IMG/VR virus record: IMGVR_UViG_3300030061_003170
DNA length: 64,000 nt
DNA from: a virus
Reading direction: 5' to 3' (one strand)
Positions within the stretch are counted from its first letter, which is position 1; the number at the start of each line of letters is the position of its first letter. Positions 34,602-44,139 of the stretch are shown here, piece after piece. Made by a program: the position numbers and the translations under genes. The notes under the pieces were generated by a model, which saw nothing but the letters and a program-made list of their open reading frames with translations, searched no databases and had not been told where the DNA came from.

Positions 34602-36098
34602 TTAATCCTCATCTTCTTCTAGATCTTTAAGTCTTCTCTCTATCTTTTTGACCTTTCTCTCTAACAAGTCTGCATCAAAATCAGCAGTAAGAGCAAGTTT
34701 CTTATCTACATTGGCAAGTTTTGATTTCATCTCTTTTAGTTCCGCTTGAATCTTGGCATTAGCAGTTTGACATGGTGGAGGTTGAGCACCTGCCAATCCA
34801 TCGGCTTTTGCCTGTAATTCCATCTGCTTCATTTTCTGCTCATGCTTTTGTTCACTGTATTGAGTGTAAAATTTCCAAGCGGCTCCACCACCAACAACCG
34901 CTATGATTGCGAGCAGCAAGCCAAGAGTTCCGTCTCCACCGGTTGATTGAGATAGTTGGGTTAATTGCTCAGGTGTTACGGGTGCTGCTGGTTGCAGTTC
35001 GTATGACTCTGTCTTAGGTCCTAGTTTTGGGTCTTTCATTGATTTTTCTCCGCTTGATTTGTTAATATCAGACCTTGAGCGTTTAGTTTTGGTTTTGTTT
35101 GATACAATGGGTGATTCTGCCGGAGCAGTTGTTACCACTTCAGTTGTATCTTTTTCAAGATCTTCAATTACGTCATATTTAATTAGTTCCTCAGAGGACA
35201 CTTCTTCTTCTGGTTCTTCAGTAACTTCTGTTTTCTCTTCAACGGGTGAAACTTCTTCTGTTTCCTCCTCCTCTTCCGTTGGTTTCTCTTCCTCCTCCAC
35301 AGGCTTTTCTTCTTCCATTGGTGGTTGTTTTTTCTTGCCAAAATCCATTGAGATGGACAGCATAAAATTAGTTGAACTTCCCAGGTTAGAGTTTGTTCCA
35401 ATAGAAAACGCTGGCATTACAAAAACTTTACCAACCTTGCTTCTCGCCGCTATTGTAACCTGTGAAGGTATTTTGTCTTGTGTAAATCTAGTTGTGTATT
35501 CTAAGTTAAGTCGGTGCTTCTCTGTTCCAACATAAGTTCCAAAAGATGTCTCTAAAGAAACAGAAGACACGTCGTGTGTAATAGCGGAGACAGCAACACC
35601 ATACTTCTCTTTTTTAATACCAGCAGATAACATAAACCCATTGGTAGAGTCTTTATTTACAGCATCAAACGATTTTATACCAGCAAGACCGATCTCAGAT
35701 TCACCAATGGCACCAAAGGCAATACCCGCAATCACATCAGTTGTTTGGAAAAACTCTGGTGGTGCTCGGGTTCCTGATGACTTTTGACCTGCTACATTTA
35801 AAGAAACAAACGGGTGCAAGTAATCGTCGCCGAATGATTTTTGGATGGATGCATCAAAATGACCTAAGTGCTCGATGTAAGGATCAAGTATCTCGCCGGT
35901 CGTTGTGCTCATAGAAACATAGGGGGTCGGTGAATAACCCATATTGATTCTAGTTGTTAGTTTGCTACTGACATGAGGAGAGTTAACTCTTGCATAATCA
36001 TCACCAACTGGGACATCATAAAGAAGATAATCTGGTACATCTTCTGCCTTTGCTACGAGCATTAGGGAGAAAAATAAAACTAAGACTTTAAACAGCAT
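34602..36098 (-). CDS. envelope protein: signal peptide, beta-barrel-like domain, acidic linker, TM helix, coiled coil
   Basis: alternating beta-strand pattern in the N-half; GTLGLLLAIIAVVGGGAAW; in-frame internal start at 35039. Confidence 0.7.
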   Translation of the reverse strand: MLFKVLVLFFSLMLVAKAEDVPDYLLYDVPVGDDYARVNSPHVSSKLTTRINMGYSPTPYVSMSTTTGEILDPYIEHLGHFDASIQKSFGDDYLHPFVSLNVAGQKSSGTRAPPEFFQTTDVIAGIAFGAIGESEIGLAGIKSFDAVNKDSTNGFMLSAGIKKEKYGVAVSAITHDVSSVSLETSFGTYVGTEKHRLNLEYTTRFTQDKIPSQVTIAARSKVGKVFVMPAFSIGTNSNLGSSTNFMLSISMDFGKKKQPPMEEEKPVEEEEKPTEEEEETEEVSPVEEKTEVTEEPEEEVSSEELIKYDVIEDLEKDTTEVVTTAPAESPIVSNKTKTKRSRSDINKSSGEKSMKDPKLGPKTESYELQPAAPVTPEQLTQLSQSTGGDGTLGLLLAIIAVVGGGAAWKFYTQYSEQKHEQKMKQMELQAKADGLAGAQPPPCQTANAKIQAELKEMKSKLANVDKKLALTADFDADLLERKVKKIERRLKDLEEDED

Positions 36099-36118
36099 AA
36101 TACTGTAAATAGTTACAC

Positions 36119-36724
36119 TTACTCACTGTATCTAAAAACAGCAAACAAAAAGTTCTTTATCACACGTTCCGTACAGTCCTCAGTTTCCTCGCACTCGTAA
36201 AGTGCCCAAGAAAAAGTTTTCTTTTCGTTATCAATCTTCGCTGTGATTTTTTCTATCTCTTCCTTCAGAGAATCACAGAGAGGACCGAAATTTCTAGCGT
36301 TAACATCAAAGCGTTCAGCAAGATCAAACAAATCCCCCCACGAACCGTTATCAAAGGCCGCAGCAGCATCCTTAAAGGCTTGTTCATATTCATCATACCT
36401 TGGGTCTCCTTCTGGTAGACGATCAGGATGAAGTTTTTTGGCGAGATCTCGATACAACGACTTGTGTCTTACTTCTTTTGCTTTGTTCTCTACTATCTCT
36501 TCCTCTTCTTTAGGCACAGGTTTGTTAGAAAATAGTTTTTCAACCTTCTCTTGGTTCTGTTCGTGAAGAGCCTGTAGGTCTATGTCATTCTCTGCACAGT
36601 ACTTCCTATAGGTTCTCTCAAAGATAAGATGATACTCGCTCAATACGTCCTCAACAAACTCAAGTTCAAAACGTAACGAACGATACTCACTCAATAATTT
36701 TTTAAACTTAAGTTTCTTCCTCAT
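36119..36724 (-). CDS. J-domain-containing protein
   Basis: KSLYRDLAKKLHPD...FKDAAAA. Confidence 0.75.
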   Translation of the reverse strand: MRKKLKFKKLLSEYRSLRFELEFVEDVLSEYHLIFERTYRKYCAENDIDLQALHEQNQEKVEKLFSNKPVPKEEEEIVENKAKEVRHKSLYRDLAKKLHPDRLPEGDPRYDEYEQAFKDAAAAFDNGSWGDLFDLAERFDVNARNFGPLCDSLKEEIEKITAKIDNEKKTFSWALYECEETEDCTERVIKNFLFAVFRYSE

Positions 36725-37628
36725 CGTATCCTAAATAGTCATTCCCGATTCCACGGGCCTTGTCGTTAACCAAAATGAAGTTTGGACGTTTGATTGGCTT
36801 CTCCATTGCTTTAAAGAATGCCATGTATTCTTCCCAAGATCCAATACTATGATAATTTTCAATTTCAATGCCATTTGCATCATCAAGATCAAACGGCTCA
36901 AACACTTTCTCTACCTCAAAGAATCTTGCCGACCATCTGTCTTCAACCGGAAGACGTTCTCTATCTTTGTAGTCCACATACCCTTTCCCAGGAACATGTA
37001 TCCCTGATCCGGTTCTTATCACTCTACGAAAGTTTAAGAAGTCGTCTTTGCCAAATGTAAAAGAAGTGTAGAGGTTATCCTTTATGGTCTCGCCATTATG
37101 GGAAATGTAGAAGTTTTTATCAGATGAAATCAGACCACGATGCTCTCGCAACTGCCATGATGGAAAGTATCCATAAGGGAAACTGACATAGTATTTGTTC
37201 GGCACAACCCAGGTTGATAAGTCACTAGCAATCTTAAAGCACACTAGTGAGCCATAAATAACAGACCATGATAAACAGTCTCTCTTGTCCCTATCTTTTG
37301 GATGAACCGGAACATAATAGATTGGAATAAATTTTTTCTTCTCGGAAGGGTTCCAATCGTGTCTTCGATAAGAATAAACAGGATCCTCAACAAAGTCTCC
37401 CAGTTTCTCGCGTATTAAAGGCGATGCATCATCATTACAAATAACCCAAATTGTGTCACAGCCAGCGTAAGCACACTCCACCACCGCTGCTTCAATCAGC
37501 GTGTAATCCGGCGCTATTGGCATCAAACAATCAGGGAGAACCTGGTTGAAGTCTAACTTTTGACCTGCAACTGGTACTATGCCAGCGAGGTGGAAGTAAT
37601 TGGTATTATGCTCCTTAGTAACTTCCAT
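36708..37628 (-). CDS. divergent sugar-phosphate nucleotidyltransferase-fold protein
   Basis: AGIVPVAG...LPDCLMPI...LIE...AGCDTIWVI. Confidence 0.65.
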   Translation of the reverse strand: MEVTKEHNTNYFHLAGIVPVAGQKLDFNQVLPDCLMPIAPDYTLIEAAVVECAYAGCDTIWVICNDDASPLIREKLGDFVEDPVYSYRRHDWNPSEKKKFIPIYYVPVHPKDRDKRDCLSWSVIYGSLVCFKIASDLSTWVVPNKYYVSFPYGYFPSWQLREHRGLISSDKNFYISHNGETIKDNLYTSFTFGKDDFLNFRRVIRTGSGIHVPGKGYVDYKDRERLPVEDRWSARFFEVEKVFEPFDLDDANGIEIENYHSIGSWEEYMAFFKAMEKPIKRPNFILVNDKARGIGNDYLGYDEEET

Positions 37629-38362
37629 GCGTATGACTCCTCCTGTGTCAAATTGTAAATCTCATCAAAGGTCATTGGTGACTCAAAACGGTTAAGGACA
37701 ATTCTTTTTTCCCACTCAATTTTAGTTCTGTGGATGATTGGATTGCCATTGTCTCTGTAACCGCTAATTTTACCTTTTAAACCGGCATCAGACATCATAG
37801 AGAGGCTTTTAAGTCTAGAGTAGACAGATGACACCTCTAGATCATCCAACGATGTCTCAGGGCATTGTGAGACCGCTATGAGGTCTCTAATGTTTGGCTT
37901 GGTTGGTCTTGGATAAAAAATGATTTTGTTTACGAAATCATTCTCTGTGTCCTGGATGTAATCTCTATCATGAGCGCCACCAACTCTGCACCAAAAATAG
38001 TCGTATACATCAATAATTTTGCTTTTGTTTGTATCAAAATGCTGAACCTTGTCGCATTCAACAACAAAGTTTCTGTTCCTCTTGTTAATAATCTCAACTT
38101 GACCTCCTTCATGTCTTAAAGATTGTATATTGTCTGGGAATAAAAGAAGACCGGAAGCGTTCATTACGAAGCACATCCGATCCCATAGAGATATTGGTGT
38201 CACGTCACCAAACATAGAAAAATCGTAAAGATCAAAATTCGAACAAAACTCAAAAGGTCGCTGCGCCTCATGCAAAATGCAGTGACTGTTTGTTCTGAAA
38301 GCGTAAAGAAGCGTTGAAAACGTTTTCCCAATAACTAAATTTTCAACTCTTATCTTCTTCAC
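37577..38362 (-). CDS. hypothetical protein with degenerate Rossmann-like N-terminus
   Basis: ENLVIGKTFSTLLYA resembles a VIGxGxxG strand-helix. Confidence 0.55.
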   Translation of the reverse strand: MKKIRVENLVIGKTFSTLLYAFRTNSHCILHEAQRPFEFCSNFDLYDFSMFGDVTPISLWDRMCFVMNASGLLLFPDNIQSLRHEGGQVEIINKRNRNFVVECDKVQHFDTNKSKIIDVYDYFWCRVGGAHDRDYIQDTENDFVNKIIFYPRPTKPNIRDLIAVSQCPETSLDDLEVSSVYSRLKSLSMMSDAGLKGKISGYRDNGNPIIHRTKIEWEKRIVLNRFESPMTFDEIYNLTQEESYAWKLLRSIIPITSTSLA

Positions 38363-39077
38363 TTAGGCCTCTGACTTTTCTGTACGATTCAATTGCAACC
38401 GGCCATCTTTCTCTCGCTATTTCCAAGCATGCTTTTGCCACCTGTACTATTTCCCATTGGGCACCTTCGTGAATTCTCAAATCGATAAACTTTAGCAAGT
38501 TGTTCAAGTTCACAGTACCATAATATTCTGTGTAAAGGTTCTGAGGAAGTACTCCTCTTGCCTGTTCTCTACAGACACCAGCAGCCAATAAGTCGTCAAA
38601 CAATTTAACACTGGTCTTATGATGGTTGGCTATCATAGTGGATGCCAAGACAGGTATTGGGTGAGAACAAGCAGGGTTATATCTTTGCAGCATTGGATTA
38701 CAAGTATCATCAGGATTACTTGCCTGTCTATTACTCTTGTGCTGGCTTCGGAACTCTTTTGGTTCGTAAAATCGGAGATCCTTATCTGTATATCGGCGAG
38801 AAATCTCATTATAAGACCACGTTCTGTGTCTGTGGTGTTGTGAACGGATAAACAAGGGCACTGTGAACTTAAATGTCATAACATTGTGTTCAAACGTGCT
38901 AGTGTGTTTGTGTTTGATAAGGTAATTAATTAATTTCTTATCTCGACCATTCAGTTCTTGCTTTTCTACTCCAAATGATACTCTGGCAGAATTTACTACG
39001 GTGAGATCCGAACCCATATGGTCAATGTATTGAACTTTTCCAATACCATCTCCAAACAATTCAATTTCGTTACTCAC
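38343..39077 (-). CDS. thyX: flavin-dependent thymidylate synthase
   Basis: HTSTFEH, RHRTWSYNEISRRY, EQARGVLP, HEGAQWEI; GTG start chosen by SD. Confidence 0.97.
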   Translation of the reverse strand: MSNEIELFGDGIGKVQYIDHMGSDLTVVNSARVSFGVEKQELNGRDKKLINYLIKHKHTSTFEHNVMTFKFTVPLFIRSQHHRHRTWSYNEISRRYTDKDLRFYEPKEFRSQHKSNRQASNPDDTCNPMLQRYNPACSHPIPVLASTMIANHHKTSVKLFDDLLAAGVCREQARGVLPQNLYTEYYGTVNLNNLLKFIDLRIHEGAQWEIVQVAKACLEIARERWPVAIESYRKVRGLSEEDKS

Positions 39078-39345
39078 TTGCTCTCCCGAATACATAATTC
39101 TGTAGCATTAAATAGTGTGTCGTATCGTTTGTTTTCACTTCGTGAAGCATACGACGTTCACATACAATAATGTCTCCTACTTCAACCGGTATGTCAACAT
39201 TTTTTGCTTTTGCCAGTACTTGAGCATGCAAATAAGGCGACTTTTGCGGCTTGTATTCATTTGGCAGAACAATTACATTCTGCTCTTCTTCATTGTCTTC
39301 AATAGGCTCAATTAATAGATGCCTGTTCATTGGTTCAAAGTTCAT
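39070..39345 (-). CDS. groES: co-chaperonin GroES-like
   Basis: FEPMNRHLLIEP...IVLP...VLA...VEVGDII...EV...YLM...VFG. Confidence 0.8.
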   Translation of the reverse strand: MNFEPMNRHLLIEPIEDNEEEQNVIVLPNEYKPQKSPYLHAQVLAKAKNVDIPVEVGDIIVCERRMLHEVKTNDTTHYLMLQNYVFGRASE

Positions 39346-39418
39346 GTTACCTCCATAAAAAACTCCAACGTACTAATAATATAATACGTTGGAGGGTGTT
39401 TGTCAAGTTATTTTTTAA

Positions 39419-39607
39419 TTATTGATGAGAATTTTTAACTTCTTGAACTTGCTTTCTGACTTCTTTTAGTTCCTTTGAGGCCTCAAGGGTTGCTCGTCGT
39501 GCGCGAACTGCAGCAGCCTTGTACCCTCTGGTTCCTTTCTCAACTAACTCAAGATCCAAAAGTGACTCTTGAAGTTCAGCAATAATTTTTTCTACTTGTT
39601 CTCTCAT
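39419..39607 (-). CDS. Hc1-like (histone H1-like) small basic protein
   Basis: EKG...KAAAVRARRATLEASKELKEVRKQVQE. Confidence 0.7.
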   Translation of the reverse strand: MREQVEKIIAELQESLLDLELVEKGTRGYKAAAVRARRATLEASKELKEVRKQVQEVKNSHQ

Positions 39608-39619
39608 GTTTTTTCTCCT

Positions 39620-41476
39620 TTAGAAAATTTCGCAAGCACCACCGGCGCAAGCCAATTCGCCCTGCAGATCTGTATTATCTTCTTCTTCCGATACTTTTGA
39701 TAAATCAACAGATTTCAAAGATGGAAGCAGTGTCTCATATTCTTCTTTTGTACAGTCCTCAAAAGGTGCTTGTTTATAACTATGGTCCGAATGAGGTAAA
39801 ACACTAAGCCCGTTGTAAACTTTTCTGTTCAGCCACATCCATTCACCTACTGCTCCCCACTCATCTGGCTTGATTGTAATGGTCGCAGAAACATTATGTG
39901 AATTCTGACCTTTAATGTGCCCTGTACGTATCCATTCTTGTGACACTTGTCTTACCCTTTCTAAGAGTTGAAGCGCGGTCTCATGGCGTGTTATGGCTCC
40001 CTCTGGGGCTTTTTGAGGCACACTAATCACTGCTGTATCATGTGGTCTGAAATACTCATCCTCAATCATGGCAGGGTGATTTTTTGCCAAGTAATTGTAG
40101 ATCGCTTCATTCTTTCCAACACGAATTCGACGAACGTAATATTCATTGTGCCATGCATGGATCCCACTTGACGTTCCAAGAGTAAGAGAAGTTGTTCCTG
40201 CAGGTTTTACACAAGTTGTTCTTGCGGCTGGATTGATGCCAATCATTTCTGCAACTCTTTTATTCTCCTCCTTGACCGCCTTAGCGGCTGCTTTCATATC
40301 CAAGTTCAATACACCACCGGAAGCGATACCAGTCATAGATACTCCAATCAAAGCATCTTTCTCTGTATTTCGTTGCCATACTGGTCGTAAGTAATGAAAG
40401 TCAGTGTAACTGGCCTGTAGTGTTCCAATGAACGCTGCTGCTTTGACTCTGGCCTCGTACTCTTCTTGTGTGTCAACATCACTAACGTTTACTTCTGTTA
40501 AATTACAGAATTGGTATGGTCTTAAACCGATCTCACAGCAAGGGTTGGTTCCCCAGTCTTTATCATTGGAGAAATAAAATCCTGGCTCTCCTGATCCACT
40601 TGCTTTAACTCTGTCCCAAATATCCAAAAACGTATCGCGGTCAATACGATGGCGCATGATAACCACACTGTTATTTGCACGACCTCTCTGAGGGTTAGTC
40701 TCCCACCAACTACCAACTTTGGCAGACAGCATATCTTGATCGTCAGCACTGAAAAGAGAGATAAGAGCGGCTCTGCGAATACCGCCAGCAAGCACAGCAT
40801 CAGCGATGTGACAAACGATATCGTGTACTTCAATAGGCGCAAGAGTCTCTCCATTTTCTTTGTGATCTAAAATTCCTTTAATCTTCAACAAACACTCTTT
40901 CAGTGGCTGGGAGCCTGGTGCTTTTCCACCACTAGTTACCAGTCTAGCGCCTTTTGGGCGAATATCTGAGAAATCAAATCTTAACTGTGATGTCCCCTTG
41001 AAATAAGAGAGAACAAGGGCCTTAACGGCATCTGCCCATCCTTCAATTGAGTCTCCAATGAGATAACGCCTAGTTCTTTTGGTCGATGGTCTACGGATCT
41101 CTGGTAGTTTCTCGACGTGATGCTTCTGCACTGAGAAGCCCACTCCGGTTCCTCCTAAGAGAAGAAACATAATTTCACCAAAGACTCGAGGGTCATCAAT
41201 AGGAGCAAAAGCACAATTGAAAACACGATTGGGAGATACTTGGATTGGCTTACCACCGAACTGCATTGAACGCATAGATGGCAAAACTTTCTTGTCAAGC
41301 ACCATTTGATAATTATCTTTTATCTCTTTTCTCATCTTAGGGAATTTCTCTAAGTGCATATTCATGTTGCGAGTAACCAGTTCCTTCCAGTTCTCACGAC
41401 GATTCTCGCTGTCTATGTATCTCGCATACTTCATATGGACAGTGATGTCCGATAGTATTTTCTTCTCCAAATCCAT
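39620..41476 (-). CDS. nrdJ: class II (adenosylcobalamin-dependent) ribonucleotide reductase
   Basis: FNC, TNPCCEI, CNL, TCVKPAGT, C-terminal ACAGGACEI; no NrdB in the window. Confidence 0.9.
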   Translation of the reverse strand: MDLEKKILSDITVHMKYARYIDSENRRENWKELVTRNMNMHLEKFPKMRKEIKDNYQMVLDKKVLPSMRSMQFGGKPIQVSPNRVFNCAFAPIDDPRVFGEIMFLLLGGTGVGFSVQKHHVEKLPEIRRPSTKRTRRYLIGDSIEGWADAVKALVLSYFKGTSQLRFDFSDIRPKGARLVTSGGKAPGSQPLKECLLKIKGILDHKENGETLAPIEVHDIVCHIADAVLAGGIRRAALISLFSADDQDMLSAKVGSWWETNPQRGRANNSVVIMRHRIDRDTFLDIWDRVKASGSGEPGFYFSNDKDWGTNPCCEIGLRPYQFCNLTEVNVSDVDTQEEYEARVKAAAFIGTLQASYTDFHYLRPVWQRNTEKDALIGVSMTGIASGGVLNLDMKAAAKAVKEENKRVAEMIGINPAARTTCVKPAGTTSLTLGTSSGIHAWHNEYYVRRIRVGKNEAIYNYLAKNHPAMIEDEYFRPHDTAVISVPQKAPEGAITRHETALQLLERVRQVSQEWIRTGHIKGQNSHNVSATITIKPDEWGAVGEWMWLNRKVYNGLSVLPHSDHSYKQAPFEDCTKEEYETLLPSLKSVDLSKVSEEEDNTDLQGELACAGGACEIF

Positions 41477-41486
41477 TTACGTCTCC

Positions 41487-42839
41487 TTATTTGCTTTGTA
41501 ATTCTGAATATTTGTTTTTTAAATAGGATAATGCATCACCTGTTGACTGCATCCCTTCGCTTTTTTCTTCTTTGTCGAGGACCTTGATTGTAACGTCAGA
41601 CCAATCGACAAAGCAAGGAAACACCAAACCATCAGGACCATTTCGGTTTTTTGCAATAAAAATGCGACCTTTGTTTGCTTGTTTGTCCGTAACCGTTCGA
41701 GACAACGAAAAAATAAAATCAGCAACAAAACACTTGTTAAAAGCCTCAGAAATTGCCTCCATTGTAATAACTTCCGCATTAAGACCACCGCGATTGGTCT
41801 GAGAAGCAGTCCATACAGGCATTTCGTAGATTTGAGCCAATGCACGAAGGCTTTCATATGTCTCCTCAAGTTCGTGTCTTTTTTCGCCAGATGATCTCGT
41901 TGGTCTTAGAAGATCAGCATAATCTACAAGGATCATGTCTGGTTTCATTCCTTTCTTAATCAAGCGGTCAACGTGTCCACGAATTGTTTGAACAGAAGCA
42001 GACTTTGTTGGGTACTCTTTAATAATTAGTGTCCCTTCAACATCTTGGATCATGTCCATAATCATTTCTTGTTGATCCAGCAATTCGTTCAAAGGCACCT
42101 TTGTAAGGGCACTATCGAAACGTCCGCCAACTACGGTATCCTTGAGTTCTAAGGTATAATAGACAACAGTCTTACCTTTTTTAAGAGCCTCGGCTGCAAG
42201 GTGAACAAGAACCATAGATTTACCAGCACCTGTTGGAGCGATAACAACACCAAGTTCATTCTTCCCTAAACCGCCCTTTACAATATCATCAATACGTTCC
42301 CAGCCTGTAGTGATTGGTGATCTATGAATCCTCTGAAATCTCTTGAGGGCATCAACGTGATAATCATGTCCAAAGTTATTATCTGTACCAAGTTTCATGG
42401 CATCTTCAATAACCTTTGAAATCTCATCAAAAGAAGATGATTTCAGCAACTTAACCGACTTTATCATAGCACCCTTGAGGGTTTGTTTACGGCAGAAGTC
42501 GATTGCCTTGTCCTTGATGTATTCTGCTTCTTGCACTCCTTCAGAGTTGTAAATTCTGGCATAGAAGTGACGTACTTGGTCAGCAACAACCTTATCTTGG
42601 TTTTGCATACCTGATTTAAGTTCTGTCATCATAATCTCGTGATTAGGATGGCTACGGTATCTTTCTCTATAACTTAGCAAAACCTCAATGAAAACCTGTA
42701 AGTACTTCAACTCAAAAAAGGATACATCGATTACTTCTGATACTTGGTCACAGAATGGTCGATCATCTAGCATAAGTTGGCAAAGATTTTCTTGAAAAGA
42801 TTTTCCAAAACGTAGAAAAGTCTCTTTCTCGTCTAACAT
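41487..42839 (-). CDS. replicative DnaB/gp41-like helicase
   Basis: APTGAGKS, TLE, VDYADLL, TASQTNR, KNRNG. Confidence 0.93.
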   Translation of the reverse strand: MLDEKETFLRFGKSFQENLCQLMLDDRPFCDQVSEVIDVSFFELKYLQVFIEVLLSYRERYRSHPNHEIMMTELKSGMQNQDKVVADQVRHFYARIYNSEGVQEAEYIKDKAIDFCRKQTLKGAMIKSVKLLKSSSFDEISKVIEDAMKLGTDNNFGHDYHVDALKRFQRIHRSPITTGWERIDDIVKGGLGKNELGVVIAPTGAGKSMVLVHLAAEALKKGKTVVYYTLELKDTVVGGRFDSALTKVPLNELLDQQEMIMDMIQDVEGTLIIKEYPTKSASVQTIRGHVDRLIKKGMKPDMILVDYADLLRPTRSSGEKRHELEETYESLRALAQIYEMPVWTASQTNRGGLNAEVITMEAISEAFNKCFVADFIFSLSRTVTDKQANKGRIFIAKNRNGPDGLVFPCFVDWSDVTIKVLDKEEKSEGMQSTGDALSYLKNKYSELQSK

Positions 42840-42893
42840 AATTTCTCCAGTGTTTGTGTGTGTGTTTTAATTATAACATGACCGCTTGAAAAG

Positions 42894-43847
42894 TCAAGTT
42901 GTTTTTATTTTTTTCATAACTCGATTTAAATTATCAAAGTTTAAATGCCCACAATCGTCTTCAAACAACATCTTGACGAAGCCCATTTTACTGTATGCTG
43001 GTTCAAAGTTTTGCAAAGCATATTCCAGTTGCATTTTACCCTGAATAGAGATGTTAGGGTGCTTTAATTGCATGATCTGATAATTGTTTTTTATACGGGA
43101 ATCCAGCCTGATAATGTTCTCGTGTAACTTGAGCCTTTTTGCAGCCATGTGGCAGTTTTTGAGAATCGTCTCGCAATCAAATTCTTCTTTGAGAGACAAG
43201 AAAGGAAAACGTTTGGCAACTGTTTTGATACCAGCACCAGGAACACCTTCCAGGTTATCTGATTTGTCTCCCACAATTGCTCTAGCAAGGGCAAAATTGT
43301 TGGGATGAATGCTGAACTCATCAATAATGTCTTGTTCGCAAACCAGTTTGTCTTGAATCGGTCTATAAACGCAAGTGTCCTCTGAACAGAGTTGAAAGAA
43401 GTCTTTATCTGAGGAAACAATAATTTTATTCCATCCGTCATACTTAATGTTCCTTGCTCCAAAAGCAATAACATCGTCTGCTTCAACAAAGTCAATAACC
43501 AATTGAATGATAGGTAATTCATTTAGATACTCCATAAGCCTAAGAAGTTGATAGGCTTTATTCTCCTCTTGTTTCTCTGGTGGTAGATCTATTAATCTCC
43601 GATTGAATCGGATGGGTGCTCGACCTGCCTTGTAATTTTTGTTTAGTTGCTTACGTTTTTGAGAGCCACCATGACCATCCCAACAAACTACAACCTCATC
43701 TGGGCTGAACTTATTACAGGTTTTCTGTAGTGATTTTAGAAATCCAATGCAGCCACCAATTGGATTACCGTGTTTATCCATTGTAGGATTAACTATGTAT
43801 GACCTAATAAACATGTTTAGGCCATCAATCAACATTACTGTGCTCAT
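42894..43847 (-). CDS. 5'-3' exonuclease / T4 RNase H-like flap nuclease
   Basis: LIDG, YKAGR, EADDVI, SSDKDF, GDKSDN..GVPG.G.KT. Confidence 0.93.
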   Translation of the reverse strand: MSTVMLIDGLNMFIRSYIVNPTMDKHGNPIGGCIGFLKSLQKTCNKFSPDEVVVCWDGHGGSQKRKQLNKNYKAGRAPIRFNRRLIDLPPEKQEENKAYQLLRLMEYLNELPIIQLVIDFVEADDVIAFGARNIKYDGWNKIIVSSDKDFFQLCSEDTCVYRPIQDKLVCEQDIIDEFSIHPNNFALARAIVGDKSDNLEGVPGAGIKTVAKRFPFLSLKEEFDCETILKNCHMAAKRLKLHENIIRLDSRIKNNYQIMQLKHPNISIQGKMQLEYALQNFEPAYSKMGFVKMLFEDDCGHLNFDNLNRVMKKIKTT

Positions 43848-43999
43848 TTGTCCTCCAGGATTATATATGTACACTTGTCTTTAGGATAATGAAACTCAAT
43901 GTTGCCCTTTTCATTTGTGAAAACAATTTTTTCTGGTCTTTCTTCAATAAGATAACCTACGAATTCGCCATTCTTATGGGTCACTTTTATCTTCTTCAT
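43844..43999 (-). CDS. 51-aa hypothetical protein (not in ORF track)
   Basis: GGAGG SD, promoter 44017-44044, ATGA-coupled to the exonuclease. Confidence 0.65.
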   Translation of the reverse strand: MKKIKVTHKNGEFVGYLIEERPEKIVFTNEKGNIEFHYPKDKCTYIILEDK

Positions 44000-44062
44000 T
44001 TTGTCCTCCTATAGATAATGTAACATGATCAGGTGATTTGTCAAGTAGAAACAATAAAAAAA

Positions 44063-44087
44063 CCCCCAAGGCATAAAGCCAAGGGGG
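44063..44087 (-). terminator. probable terminator after recA
   Basis: ccccc..ggc-loop-gcc..ggggg followed by a U run on the minus strand. Confidence 0.6.
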
Positions 44088-44139
44088 CCAAAAGGAGGTT
44101 AATATGAATAACAACATATTATTAATCACCCGAGGATGA

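Noticed and set aside
24786-42839. Inteins or introns in dnaE, nrdJ and the helicase
   Set aside because: Lengths are normal, reading frames are continuous, and no intein terminal or LAGLIDADG motifs were seen.
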